Source: Candidatus Muiribacterium halophilum (GTDB taxonomy: Bacteria > Muiribacteriota > Muiribacteriia > Muiribacteriales > Muiribacteriaceae). Taken from it: a stretch of DNA of 64,000 bases. How positions within the stretch are numbered: position 1 is the stretch's first letter; each line of letters opens with the position of its first letter. Shown here one piece after another: positions 10,104-20,459 of the stretch. Below the pieces are notes generated by a model. That model searched no databases. It was not told the origin of the DNA and saw nothing but the letters and a program-made list of their open reading frames with translations. Location of the stretch: NCBI GenBank assembly GCA_023228995.1, contig JALOAD010000015.1, positions 2,737-66,736 on the forward strand, written 5' to 3'. The translations under genes and the position numbers were made by a program.

Positions 10104-12301
10104 AAACTTAAACCTCTAAAATATTTTGTTATTTCAACCTTATTACCTAAACTATTATACTTTAACTTATCAACTATAGAAGTTACAAGTATTATTCCAC
10201 GACCATTCTCCTCTAAAAGCCGTGATTCATAGTCTGGCATAGAAGAATTTCTAAATCCTTCACCTTGATCTTCAACACATAATTTTATCTTTGATTTAGA
10301 AATATAATAATCAATAAATATTTTTTTATCATTATTATACTTATTACCATGTTTTGCAGCATTAATAAGAATCTCGCTAAATGCGAGTTTTACATCAAAT
10401 ATTTCATCATCAACTATATCAAGTTCTTCAAGTAGTTTTACAATATTATCAACAAAATTGTTAATTTCCTCAATATCACTTGATATTTCAACACTTTTTT
10501 CAACTTTGAAGTATTTTTTATCATTCTTTTTTATAACAATAAGGGTCGTATCATCATGCTGTGGAGCATTTTCTGTAAATTCCTCTATGCTTTTTAAAAT
10601 ATTTCTATGTATAATAGGAGCAGTGTTCTTTGCATTTTTTATAATAATATCATGAAATCTTTCAAAACCATATTCTTCTCTTTCATTATTCATAGCTTCA
10701 TTTATTCCATCTGTATAAAGAATTATTATATCATCTTTTTCTATCTTAACTGATCTATTAGGATATTTAACTCCTTCCATTATTCCTATAGGAAGTGCAT
10801 CTGCCTCAAATTCTATTATTTTTTTTTCTTTTGCTTTATATATAATTGTTGGAAGATGTCCAGCATTAGAAAAATACATCTTATTTTTTAAACAATCAAA
10901 ATAACATGCAAAAAAAGTTATAAATTTCCCTTCATATATATCACCAGCAACAAGATTATTAAGATTTGTTAAAAGCTCTCCTGCTTCGCTACAATTTTTT
11001 ATTTCAACTTTTAACATACTTCTAACCATTGACATAAGTATAGCTGCTGCAATACCTTTGCCAGAAACATCTCCTAATATTGTCCAAAAACTATTTTCAC
11101 TTAGTTTATAAAAATCATAATAATCTCCACCTACTTGTTTTGCCGGTAAACTTGTAGCAACAATATCATAATCATTTATAACCGGAGGGTTTTTAGGAAG
11201 AAGACTTATTTGAATATCACGAGCTAATTCAAGATCTCTTTCAATTTTTTGTTTTTCAACATATTGATTGTAAAGAGCAATATTTTGAAGAGAAAATCCA
11301 GCTTGCTGAACAAGTGAAGAAAATATCTTTTCATCCTGTTCTGAATATGGTTTATTAGTCTTTCTTTCTCCAAGAAGTATAACAGCATATAATTTTTCAT
11401 TATACATAAGAGGTGCTGCAAATGCAGAATTTATACCAAATTGTTTTGATAAATTCTCTTCTTCGATTTCTTTTTGATTAATTATTTCATTACTATTATC
11501 AAAATTATGAAAAAAATCAAAAACAGGATAATTTCTACCAGTTTTTTTGTTATCTGTAGAAATTATAAGTTCAAGATGATGATTTGATCTATCATATTTA
11601 AATATAAAAGCTTTCTCAACACCAAAAGCTCTAATACTCATTTCTTGAAGAATTTTAAAAAGATCTTTTTCATCAAATATTGTACTTACTTTTTTTACAA
11701 ATTCATATACAATTAAAAGTTCATCATAAAGGTCTTTAGTTTCTGACATCTTTATCTCTAAATTATCACTTTTTTCAATAAGCTGTTTATATATCTTTTT
11801 TTTAGCAAAAAACACAGCCAGTATATTAGAGGTTATATTTATAATATTTGATATTTTAGGAGTAATCTCGAAATCTTTAAATACAAGTACAAGAAAACCT
11901 TCAAATTCACTTTCTACAATTAAAGGAGCAACAACATAATAAGAATCATCGACCTGATATACTGTCTGTTTTCCTTCTTTTTTTACCCAAGCAAGTATAT
12001 TATCTTTTTTTAGAATTGAAATATCATCATTGTTTTTTGAAAACATGTTTCTATCCATTATAATATTATTTTCACTATCTGTAATAAAAGAAGAATCAGC
12101 TTCAAGATAATCATGTATTGTATCAAGAATAATATTTAATGTAGCCTCTATATCAATAGATCTTGTGATCTTTTCAAAAAAACTTTTAATAAATTCATCA
12201 AATCCAGTTTTTTCAGCCTTAAAACTATTATATTCTTGAATATCATCATCAATCTCATCAAATACAAGATCGTCTATCAATTGGTCAAATTCATCTATCA
12301 T
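10100..12301 (-). CDS. GAF-GAF-PP2C (SpoIIE/RsbU) phosphatase fused to a RsbW-like HATPase
   Basis: VGGDYYD, GDVSGKG, YTDGINEA, QHDDTT; C-terminal EILINAAKHGN, VEDQGEGF, GRGIIL. Confidence 0.9.
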   Translation of the reverse strand: MIDEFDQLIDDLVFDEIDDDIQEYNSFKAEKTGFDEFIKSFFEKITRSIDIEATLNIILDTIHDYLEADSSFITDSENNIIMDRNMFSKNNDDISILKKDNILAWVKKEGKQTVYQVDDSYYVVAPLIVESEFEGFLVLVFKDFEITPKISNIINITSNILAVFFAKKKIYKQLIEKSDNLEIKMSETKDLYDELLIVYEFVKKVSTIFDEKDLFKILQEMSIRAFGVEKAFIFKYDRSNHHLELIISTDNKKTGRNYPVFDFFHNFDNSNEIINQKEIEEENLSKQFGINSAFAAPLMYNEKLYAVILLGERKTNKPYSEQDEKIFSSLVQQAGFSLQNIALYNQYVEKQKIERDLELARDIQISLLPKNPPVINDYDIVATSLPAKQVGGDYYDFYKLSENSFWTILGDVSGKGIAAAILMSMVRSMLKVEIKNCSEAGELLTNLNNLVAGDIYEGKFITFFACYFDCLKNKMYFSNAGHLPTIIYKAKEKKIIEFEADALPIGIMEGVKYPNRSVKIEKDDIIILYTDGINEAMNNEREEYGFERFHDIIIKNAKNTAPIIHRNILKSIEEFTENAPQHDDTTLIVIKKNDKKYFKVEKSVEISSDIEEINNFVDNIVKLLEELDIVDDEIFDVKLAFSEILINAAKHGNKYNNDKKIFIDYYISKSKIKLCVEDQGEGFRNSSMPDYESRLLEENGRGIILVTSIVDKLKYNSLGNKVEITKYFRGLSL

Positions 12302-12303
12302 TT

Positions 12304-13164
12304 TTATTCCTCTACTAATTTAAGAAAATCATCAACTTTTTTTAATTCTAAATCAAGTTCTTTAGATATATGTTTTATCTGGTCTTTTTCAATATTAAGT
12401 ATTATAAATGGTTCTTTTCTAAGCTTTGGTATTACAGAATCTCCGTCAAAACCAAAGTGTTTAAGTTTGCATACAAGATCTGCAATATAAATTATTGAAG
12501 TTTCTTTTTTACTTTCTCCATAAGCATATTGAGGCTGATGATGAAAACCAATTACATTTCCTAATTTTGATGGAAGTTTCCATATTTCTGCCATTTTTTT
12601 ACCTATCATAGCATGATCGGTTCCAAAAATTTCTTTTTCAGCAATCTCAATTGGAATATTTCTACTTGAAGCTTCTTTTATACATTTTATAAAATCATCA
12701 TGAAAATACTGATCAAGAATTATAAGACCAATATCATGAATAAGACCAGATACAAAAAAATCCTCAGCTTCATTTGCCATTTTTGCATGTTTTGCAACAA
12801 CACCTGTAGCTACAGCAACTCCAACTGAATGTTTCCACAAAGTTCTTCTATCAAAATCAGCATCTGCTTTATTAAAAAGCTCACATATTGATACAGACAA
12901 TGCTAAATTTTTAACAGCATTGAATCCCAATATAACAACAGCTTCTCTGATTTTTTTAACAGTTCTTGGAAAACCATAATAGGCTGAATTAACAAGTTTT
13001 AAAGTTTTAGAAGTCAATGCTTGATCCTGTGATATTATTTTATTAAGATCATTTGCTGTAGTATTTTCTGAATTAGCCATTTCAAGAACTTTTGCCACAA
13101 TTGTAGGTAATGTTGGCAATTCATCTATTATTTGAAGTTGTTTTAAAATATCATTATAACTCAT
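12304..13164 (-). CDS. HDOD domain signal-transduction protein
   Basis: LPTLPTIV, DQALTSKTLKLVNSAYYG, LWKHSVGVA, GLIHDIG, DHAMIG, W-LP, IGFHH. Confidence 0.9.
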   Translation of the reverse strand: MSYNDILKQLQIIDELPTLPTIVAKVLEMANSENTTANDLNKIISQDQALTSKTLKLVNSAYYGFPRTVKKIREAVVILGFNAVKNLALSVSICELFNKADADFDRRTLWKHSVGVAVATGVVAKHAKMANEAEDFFVSGLIHDIGLIILDQYFHDDFIKCIKEASSRNIPIEIAEKEIFGTDHAMIGKKMAEIWKLPSKLGNVIGFHHQPQYAYGESKKETSIIYIADLVCKLKHFGFDGDSVIPKLRKEPFIILNIEKDQIKHISKELDLELKKVDDFLKLVEE

Positions 13165-14879
13165 TATAACTCCTCAACTAAATCTATAAATTTAAACTTT
13201 GTAACATCAACTAATCCTTTATCTGTGAGCTTTATATCGGGAATCACTGGAAGTGCTAAAAAAGCCATAGTTATAAAAGGATCTTTTAAGCTAACTCCAA
13301 GTTCTTTACATATAGAGTGAAGTGATTTAATCTTCTCAGATACTTTTTCAAGACTCCACAAACTCATAAGACCAGCAATAGGCAATGGAAGAACATCAAG
13401 AACTTTACCATCGCATACAACAGCTTGTCCACCATTATTTTCTTTAATAATTTCTGCACATTTTATAATATCTTTATCATTTGTACCAATTACATTTATA
13501 TTATGAGAATCATGACTTACACTAGTACCAATTGCACCTTTTTTTAAACCCAAACCCTTTACAAAACCTGTTCCAATATTTCCAGTCCCATTATGTCTTT
13601 CAAAAACACAAAATTTAAGAATATCATTTTCAACATCACTTTGAGCATATTTGTTTTTTATAAGAGGTTTTACTTTTATTCTTTTGGTTATTATCTGTGA
13701 CGGAATTATTTCAATTACATTAATTATTGACTTATTATTAACTTTTATTTTTATTTTTTCAGGTTCTATAATAGTATTAATAGATGAAAAAACAGATTCA
13801 TCTACAATATCAATGTTTTCAAAAATTGCTTTACCGTTTTGTGCTACAAGTTTTCCATCCTTATATACTTCTTTTATAATCATTTTTGAAAAATCTTCTA
13901 TAACAAGCATATCAGCTTTATAACCTGGAGCAATAGAGCCAAGTTCTTTAAGACCAAAATATTCAGCTGCATTTTTACTTGCAAGTCTTACGGCTCTTAC
14001 AATATTTCCCTGCTCAATCACAAGCATTTTTACCATATTATCAATATGACCTTCTTGTATAAGATCATCAGGATGCCTGTCATCTGTTGAAAAAAAACAA
14101 AATCTTTCATTGAATTTATTTAAAAGCGGCATAAGATCAAGAAGGTTTTTTGTAGCAGAACCTTCTCTTATCATAATATACATACCCATTCTAAGTTTTT
14201 CTAAAGCTTCTTCAACTGTTGTGCATTCATGTTCTGATGTAACTCCAGCAGCCCTATAAGCACATAAATTCATTCCAGTAACCATAGGAGCATGACCATC
14301 TATAATTTTATCATGAAACATTTCTAATTTATCCATAACATCATCACAAGTATTTATAACACCAGGATAATTCATAAATTCACCTAGCCCAAGAACATTA
14401 GGATTATCGTGATATTTTGACAATTTTTCTGCTGAAAGCACAGCTCCTGAAGTCTCAAGATTAGTTGAAGGAACACATGAAGGAAGCATTATAAAAATAT
14501 TAAGAGGAATTTTATCAACAAACGATAATATATAATCAATGCCTTTAAGACCTTTGACATTAGCTATTTCATGAGGATCTGCTATTACTGTAGTTGTTCC
14601 TCTAGGTACAATAGCTTTTGCAAATTCAGAAGGACTAACCATAGAACTCTCAATATGGACATGACCATCAATAAATCCAGGTGAAAGATATTTCCCTTTG
14701 CAGTCTTTTTCGATAATCCCTTTATATCCTGGAACTATTCCTGCAATATAACCATCACAAACAGCAACATCTGTAATATATATTTCTCCTGAAAGTGTAT
14801 TTATAAGATTTACATTTTTAAGGACAAGATCTGCCTTTTCTTTACCTGATGCAACTCTTATAAGTCTTCTTTTATTCAT
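13164..14879 (-). CDS. ade: Adenine deaminase
   Basis: GFIDGHVHIESS, ADPHEIANV, DGHAP, EHEC, REGSA, TDDRHP, SHDSHN. Confidence 0.95.
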   Translation of the reverse strand: MNKRRLIRVASGKEKADLVLKNVNLINTLSGEIYITDVAVCDGYIAGIVPGYKGIIEKDCKGKYLSPGFIDGHVHIESSMVSPSEFAKAIVPRGTTTVIADPHEIANVKGLKGIDYILSFVDKIPLNIFIMLPSCVPSTNLETSGAVLSAEKLSKYHDNPNVLGLGEFMNYPGVINTCDDVMDKLEMFHDKIIDGHAPMVTGMNLCAYRAAGVTSEHECTTVEEALEKLRMGMYIMIREGSATKNLLDLMPLLNKFNERFCFFSTDDRHPDDLIQEGHIDNMVKMLVIEQGNIVRAVRLASKNAAEYFGLKELGSIAPGYKADMLVIEDFSKMIIKEVYKDGKLVAQNGKAIFENIDIVDESVFSSINTIIEPEKIKIKVNNKSIINVIEIIPSQIITKRIKVKPLIKNKYAQSDVENDILKFCVFERHNGTGNIGTGFVKGLGLKKGAIGTSVSHDSHNINVIGTNDKDIIKCAEIIKENNGGQAVVCDGKVLDVLPLPIAGLMSLWSLEKVSEKIKSLHSICKELGVSLKDPFITMAFLALPVIPDIKLTDKGLVDVTKFKFIDLVEEL

Positions 14880-14894
14880 TTTTTCCTCTAATTA

Positions 14895-16214
14895 CTATAG
14901 TTTTACCATAAAATCTCTTAATATAACATTTGCATCTTTTACAAGATGTTCTGTATTAATTGTTAAATGCTTTCCATTATTATAAACAACTTTTCCATCA
15001 ATAAATACTTTATCAACATTTGAAAAAGCTGCTGAATATACTATTGAAGAAACAGGGTCAAAATAAGGAGAAGAGTTGATTTTCTCAAGATCTAAAATAA
15101 CTATATCAGCTTTTTTACCTTCTTCAATACTTCCAATTTCATTTTCCATACCAACTACTTTTGCACCTCCAAGTGTAGCCATTTTAAAAGCTTCACCTGC
15201 ATTCATGCAAGTTGGACCATGAAATGGTTTTTGAATAAGTGCAGCAAGTTTCATCTCTTTGAACATAGAAAGATTGTTATTACATGGAGCTCCATCTGCA
15301 CCAAGTCCTACTGTTATTTTATCTTTAAGATATTTAGGTATAGGAGCAATTCCAGAAGCTAATTTCATATTTGCAGACGGACAATGTATTACTTTAATAT
15401 TGTATTTTTTTAAAATTTCTCTTTCTTCATCATCTACCCATACACAATGTGCAAGAAGAAGATTTTCTCCAGCTATTTCTTTTTTTTCAAAATATTCTAT
15501 ATTTTTCATACCTGTCAATTCTTTGACTAATTCTATTTCTTTTTTGTTTTCAGAAGCATGAGTATGAAAAAGAAGACCTTTATCTTTACAAATATCTGAA
15601 ACTTGTTTTAATAATTCATCAGTGCAAGAAACTGCAAATCTTGGAGCAAAAGCATATTTTATTCTTCCATCACCCTTTCCATGATATTTATTATATAAAT
15701 CAAGTGAATCCTCTATTGATTTTTGAGTATCTTCTTTAAGAAAATCAGGCAAACCTTTCCTATCCATCATAGTTTTTCCAAAAAAAGCCCTTATTCCACT
15801 ATTTACAAGTTCCTCAGCTATATATTCAGTATGTCTTATAGTTCCCATATCAACTACAGTAGTAGTTCCACCCGACATAAGTTCAGCAATACCCATTTTT
15901 GCAGATATACTAATAGATTCAGCTGTATGCATAGCTTCAAGAGGCCATATTCTTTTTTCAAGCCAATCCATTAATTCCATGTCATCTGCCGAGCCTTTAA
16001 AAAGAACCTGACATAAATGAATATGACTTTGAACAAATCCAGGAATTATATATTTATCTTCAACATTTTCAATAATAGCGTCTTTAAATTCTTTTTGAAG
16101 ATTTTTTCCAATTTTTTTTATTTTTGTATCTTTAATAAGAACATCAGTTTTTTCACAGTAAAATTTCCCATTATTCAAATATGTAAGTACTGTTCCGCCT
16201 TTAAGAATTAACAT
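14895..16214 (-). CDS. 5'-deoxyadenosine/MTA-SAH deaminase-like amidohydrolase
   Basis: PGFVQSHIHLCQ, FAPRF, HTHASE, AHCVW, CPSANMKLASG, GADGAPCNN. Confidence 0.85.
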   Translation of the reverse strand: MLILKGGTVLTYLNNGKFYCEKTDVLIKDTKIKKIGKNLQKEFKDAIIENVEDKYIIPGFVQSHIHLCQVLFKGSADDMELMDWLEKRIWPLEAMHTAESISISAKMGIAELMSGGTTTVVDMGTIRHTEYIAEELVNSGIRAFFGKTMMDRKGLPDFLKEDTQKSIEDSLDLYNKYHGKGDGRIKYAFAPRFAVSCTDELLKQVSDICKDKGLLFHTHASENKKEIELVKELTGMKNIEYFEKKEIAGENLLLAHCVWVDDEEREILKKYNIKVIHCPSANMKLASGIAPIPKYLKDKITVGLGADGAPCNNNLSMFKEMKLAALIQKPFHGPTCMNAGEAFKMATLGGAKVVGMENEIGSIEEGKKADIVILDLEKINSSPYFDPVSSIVYSAAFSNVDKVFIDGKVVYNNGKHLTINTEHLVKDANVILRDFMVKL

Positions 16215-16227
16215 AAATCACTCCCGT

Positions 16228-17607
16228 CTAAATATATTGTCTTTTTATGTAATTGCCTGATATTTCTCCTAATATACCTTTATTTATATCATAAACAATT
16301 TTACCATTTAAAATAGTATTCTCTATTGCACAATTAAAAGTCATTCCTTCAAATATTGAAAATCCAGCTTTTGAAGTTAATTTACTTTTTTCAACAACAT
16401 GCTTTTTTTTTGGATTTAATATGATAATATCAGCATCACTACCTTTTCTCAACAAACCTTTTTTCGGAGATATACCAAATCTTTTAGCAGGATTTTCAGA
16501 TAAAACTCTGTTTAAATTGTTCAAAGATATTCTATGTTTTAAAAAACCTTCACTAAATAAATATAACAAAGTATGCTCCAATTCTGGAGTTCCTGCATAT
16601 ATATTCCATATATTTGAACCTTCAAACTGTTTTTCTGTCCTGTATTCAAATGGATTATGAGAACTTGATACAATATCAATATCACCTTTTACTATAGATT
16701 GCCATAAAAAAATATTATTATGTTTTTTTCTAAGTGGAGGTATAAGCTTTGACAAATTACCAAGACGATCACAATCTTCATCACAAAATTCAAGATAATG
16801 TAAAGCTGTAGAACAAGTTACATCAACATTATTTTTCTTTGCTTCAGAAATAATTTTTACGGATTTTTCACATGATATATCGTTAAAATGTATTCTAATA
16901 TCAAATTCTTTAGCTAATCTCATTATTGTAGATACAGCTATTTCTTCAGCAATCTCAGGTCTTGCTTCAGACCATGCTTTTGGAAAGTTTTTATTTTTCA
17001 TTTTAAATTTTCTAATATTATAATCACAAATAAAAAAATCTTCAGAATGAATAATAAAAATATATCCACTATTTTTAAACTGATTAAATAACTCATAAAG
17101 ATGACCATTATCTAAATGTTTTATACCTGAAACAGTTGTACTTGTATAAAGTTCAATGCCACATGCTCCAGAATCCATAAGAAGTGAAATATCTTTAAAT
17201 TGTCTTTTATCAACTTCGTCTGCTGTAACTAAAGCTGCTAAAACATAATCGCAATAAGATTTATTTTTAATAATATCAAATTTTGCATTTAAAAGATCTA
17301 TATTTTTTATATATGGTACATTGGCAGAACCCATATCAACCACAGTTGTTACTCCGCCCTTTATAGCAGCCTTTGAACCTGTAGTAAAATCCTCTCTGTG
17401 AGTATATCCTGGATCATTAAAAAAAACATGAGAATCTATTACTCCTGGCAAAAGATACTTGTCTGTTGCATCTATTATTTTGGCATTTATATCAACTATA
17501 TTTGGAGCAATTTTTTCGATTTTACCAGAAGATATCAAAATATCAGTTTGAATTATATTACTTTCAAAATCAATAAAACCATTTTTTATTAATAAATTTT
17601 CAGACAT
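16228..17607 (-). CDS. Allantoinase/dihydroorotase-like cyclic amidohydrolase with degenerate metal site
   Basis: Fold motifs PGVID-H, GGVTTVVDM, HSED, PPLR, SENPAKRFG are present but several catalytic ligands are replaced (see findings). Confidence 0.8.
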   Translation of the reverse strand: MSENLLIKNGFIDFESNIIQTDILISSGKIEKIAPNIVDINAKIIDATDKYLLPGVIDSHVFFNDPGYTHREDFTTGSKAAIKGGVTTVVDMGSANVPYIKNIDLLNAKFDIIKNKSYCDYVLAALVTADEVDKRQFKDISLLMDSGACGIELYTSTTVSGIKHLDNGHLYELFNQFKNSGYIFIIHSEDFFICDYNIRKFKMKNKNFPKAWSEARPEIAEEIAVSTIMRLAKEFDIRIHFNDISCEKSVKIISEAKKNNVDVTCSTALHYLEFCDEDCDRLGNLSKLIPPLRKKHNNIFLWQSIVKGDIDIVSSSHNPFEYRTEKQFEGSNIWNIYAGTPELEHTLLYLFSEGFLKHRISLNNLNRVLSENPAKRFGISPKKGLLRKGSDADIIILNPKKKHVVEKSKLTSKAGFSIFEGMTFNCAIENTILNGKIVYDINKGILGEISGNYIKRQYI

Positions 17608-17629
17608 AATTATACCTCATAATCTGGCA

Positions 17630-17658
17630 ATTATACATTAAAAATAATTATTTGTAAA
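17630..17658 (-). promoter_or_regulatory. Sigma70-like promoter TTTACA-17-TATAAT for the amidohydrolase/signalling operon
   Basis: Minus-strand TTTACA 17653-17658 and TATAAT 17630-17635, 22 nt before the ATG at 17607. Confidence 0.55.
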
Positions 17659-17727
17659 AAAATATTAATAAAAGAAAATACTAAAAAAAAGTTAACTCTT
17701 TCAACACTTTACTATATTTTTATTTTA

Positions 17728-18057
17728 TCAAAAATCCTTTAATGCATCATCTATATTTTCAAATACATCAATGATTTTGCCTATTCCAATTATTGAAAGC
17801 AAACGATCTATATAAGTGTTTTTATTAACAATTCTTATATCACCTTCTTTTTCTCTCAATTTTTTAGTTTTTATAATAATTATGCCTAATACTTGGCTAA
17901 CGACAAAATTCACTTTTTCAAAGTTTATTATTATTTTATTAATGTTTTCAGAAAGCACTGTATCAAAAACATCTTCAAATTCTTTAACATTTTCTTTTGT
18001 CATATCATTATTAATATTTATGACAAAAACCTCACCGTATTTTTCAATTTTTACCAT
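17728..18057 (-). CDS. STAS-domain anti-sigma factor antagonist
   Basis: IIINFEKVNFVVSQVLG, GDIRIV, LLSIIGI; start moved to MVKIEK (GGAGGGG RBS). Confidence 0.8.
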   Translation of the reverse strand: MVKIEKYGEVFVININNDMTKENVKEFEDVFDTVLSENINKIIINFEKVNFVVSQVLGIIIIKTKKLREKEGDIRIVNKNTYIDRLLSIIGIGKIIDVFENIDDALKDF

Positions 18058-18403
18058 TTTCCCCTCCAATGTAAAAACCATCTATCGCATTTTCCACACT
18101 ATCGAATATATCAAAAATCTTATCAAGCCTAAGGTTTTTGACCATGTTAAGAATATCAGCCGAAACTCTTATAAATTTTATATCTCCTGAATTATCCTTA
18201 CATTCAATAAGTTTATTTATGAGAACACTCAAACCATTACTACCAATATATTCAACACTCTCAAAATCTATAATAATCTTAAAATTACCTTTACTAATTC
18301 TGTTTTCAAGAATTTTATCAAGAAACTGACTTGAAATAAAATCTATTCGACCACTCAATTCAATAATGCAAACTTCATTAAAATACTTTATTGCATATTT
18401 CAA
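18044..18403 (-). CDS. STAS-domain anti-sigma factor antagonist
   Basis: LSGRIDF, IDFESVEYIGSNGLSVL, GDIKF, LRLDKIFDIF. Confidence 0.85.
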   Translation of the reverse strand: MKYAIKYFNEVCIIELSGRIDFISSQFLDKILENRISKGNFKIIIDFESVEYIGSNGLSVLINKLIECKDNSGDIKFIRVSADILNMVKNLRLDKIFDIFDSVENAIDGFYIGGENGKN

Positions 18404-18406
18404 AAA

Positions 18407-20398
18407 TTACTCTCCAAATACAAGGAATCTTTCAATGATATTATTGTCAGTTATTTTCTTTTTACCAGTACCATCAGAGTCCATTACCCATATTTCATCA
18501 TTGCCTTCTCTGTCAGAAACAAAAAATACTTTTGTACCATCTGTTGAAAAACATGGATATCTATTATCATAACTATCATCTGTTAATTTTATCACTATAC
18601 CTGTAATAAGTTCAAGCTTATAAATATTTCCTTTTCCACCACTTCCTTTTCTGAAAAAGACAAGGTATTTCCCATCTTTTGAAAACTTTGGATAATAATC
18701 ATCTTTACCGCTTGACACATTATGCGGAATTAAATTTAAAGCATTTACTATTTTTCCGTATTCATCAAGATCAGCAACATAAAGTTCGTATTCTGCTATT
18801 GAATTTCTATTTGACACAAAAGCAATCTTTCTAGTATCAGCAGTTATGATAACATCAGGAAACTTTATACTTTTACCTTCAAACGATAATTCTTCTCTTT
18901 TTTCTGAACCTGAAGATGACATTGAATAGAGTGAATTTCCATAAATATAATAAACTCTTCCTTCCTGACTCTCAACAGGATAAAATTCATCTCGATTTAT
19001 AAACTCAGAATTTTCAGTCTGAGTTATTCTCACTTTATTTGCTCCATTCTTATCCATAACATAAAGGTCATAATTACCAGAACTATCTTTATCTGATGCA
19101 AAAAACACACCAGAATAATCTGCTGTAGTTTCTGGACAAGTAGATACATAAGAACTTTCAGTTAACATTGTTGTAGCACCTGACTGAGTATTTAATCTGT
19201 ATATTACACTATCTCCTTCATAATATAAAAATCCATCAGCTACTCCACCAACAGTATCTCCGACTCCAGGATCATCTCCACCACCTTCTCCAGCATCTAT
19301 ATTTATCCTCGCAGCAATACTAACACTTTTTGTATCACTAGCAAAAAAATCAAAAACATAACTATTTCCTGTTATTGGCATAAAAGTCATTTTAGAAATC
19401 GGATTTTGACCGGTTAAATCTTCTGAAATATTCATTATGACATCTGGACCAGATACTTGTTCCCATGAATAAGTTAATCTTGTACCAGTTGTAAGATCAT
19501 AATCTATTCCATATCCTTCTATTGTAACATTACTACCACCGGCAACTTTAATATAACCATCATTTACACCATCATTTTCTTTAATATAAGCAACTGGCCT
19601 AAAATTAGTATGAGTAATATCTGTAGAAACATAAACATTAAAACTATCCATACCAATTCCACCCATATTATCAACCATTTTAATATTTACTTTATGAATT
19701 CCAGGAGTATTGAAATAATCTTTTCTATTTGAACATACATATCTTGTTTTAAAAACATCATGTAAATCCCAAATCATATCATTGTTAAAATCAAGATAAA
19801 CATCAGTAATCTTTCCATTCATATCAGGATCATAACTTTTTTCTGTATATATTTTTATATAATCATTTGAATAAGTGTAAGTATAAACATCAGGTCCAGC
19901 ATCTACAATAGGAAATCTATTTTTTATTGTTGTTCTATCCTGAGAATCTATTTCTATAACTTCATTTTTTGCATCACCAAATAATTTAATTCTATAAAGT
20001 TTCACATCATTTTCACGAAAATTAAGGTATAATCTGCCATATTCATAAGTTAAAGTATTATTTTTGAATGTAATTGCCCTGAATCCAAGAATATTTCTAT
20101 CTGAAGTTTCTATTTTAAAATAACCTGAAGAATCGGTAACTGTACTTATTGAAGTCCCGTCAACAACTACTTTTACACCCGCTAACGGAGTTTCACCACT
20201 AACTGGTGCTATTGAACTGCTTTTTAAAACAGGAGAACTGTTCAAAGAAGAACTTTTAAATGCATAACCTTCAATTTTTGAGTAAAAAGTAGCTGAACTC
20301 ATAACTGAAAAATCATCTTTACCGCTTGAATCGCAACCAGTAAGAACAAAAAATAATAATGCTATAATCAAAATGCTATATAAAAAAAAATTACGCAT
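18407..20398 (-). CDS. Lipoprotein with Ig/PKD-like domains and C-terminal TolB-like (PD40) beta-propeller
   Basis: Lipobox VLTGC, TVTDSSGYF, PIVDAGPD, YSWEQVSGP, PKFSKDGK, PCFSTDGTKVFFVSDREG. Confidence 0.75.
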   Translation of the reverse strand: MRNFFLYSILIIALLFFVLTGCDSSGKDDFSVMSSATFYSKIEGYAFKSSSLNSSPVLKSSSIAPVSGETPLAGVKVVVDGTSISTVTDSSGYFKIETSDRNILGFRAITFKNNTLTYEYGRLYLNFRENDVKLYRIKLFGDAKNEVIEIDSQDRTTIKNRFPIVDAGPDVYTYTYSNDYIKIYTEKSYDPDMNGKITDVYLDFNNDMIWDLHDVFKTRYVCSNRKDYFNTPGIHKVNIKMVDNMGGIGMDSFNVYVSTDITHTNFRPVAYIKENDGVNDGYIKVAGGSNVTIEGYGIDYDLTTGTRLTYSWEQVSGPDVIMNISEDLTGQNPISKMTFMPITGNSYVFDFFASDTKSVSIAARINIDAGEGGGDDPGVGDTVGGVADGFLYYEGDSVIYRLNTQSGATTMLTESSYVSTCPETTADYSGVFFASDKDSSGNYDLYVMDKNGANKVRITQTENSEFINRDEFYPVESQEGRVYYIYGNSLYSMSSSGSEKREELSFEGKSIKFPDVIITADTRKIAFVSNRNSIAEYELYVADLDEYGKIVNALNLIPHNVSSGKDDYYPKFSKDGKYLVFFRKGSGGKGNIYKLELITGIVIKLTDDSYDNRYPCFSTDGTKVFFVSDREGNDEIWVMDSDGTGKKKITDNNIIERFLVFGE

Positions 20399-20459
20399 AA
20401 ATCCCCCAATATTTTTATTATATATATCGGAAAATCAGGAGATTAATTTAAAAAAACAA

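Noticed and set aside
13151-13172. 10-bp tandem duplication TCATTATAAC at the ade/HDOD junction
   Set aside because: Only two units, explained by the stop/start overlap and codon content
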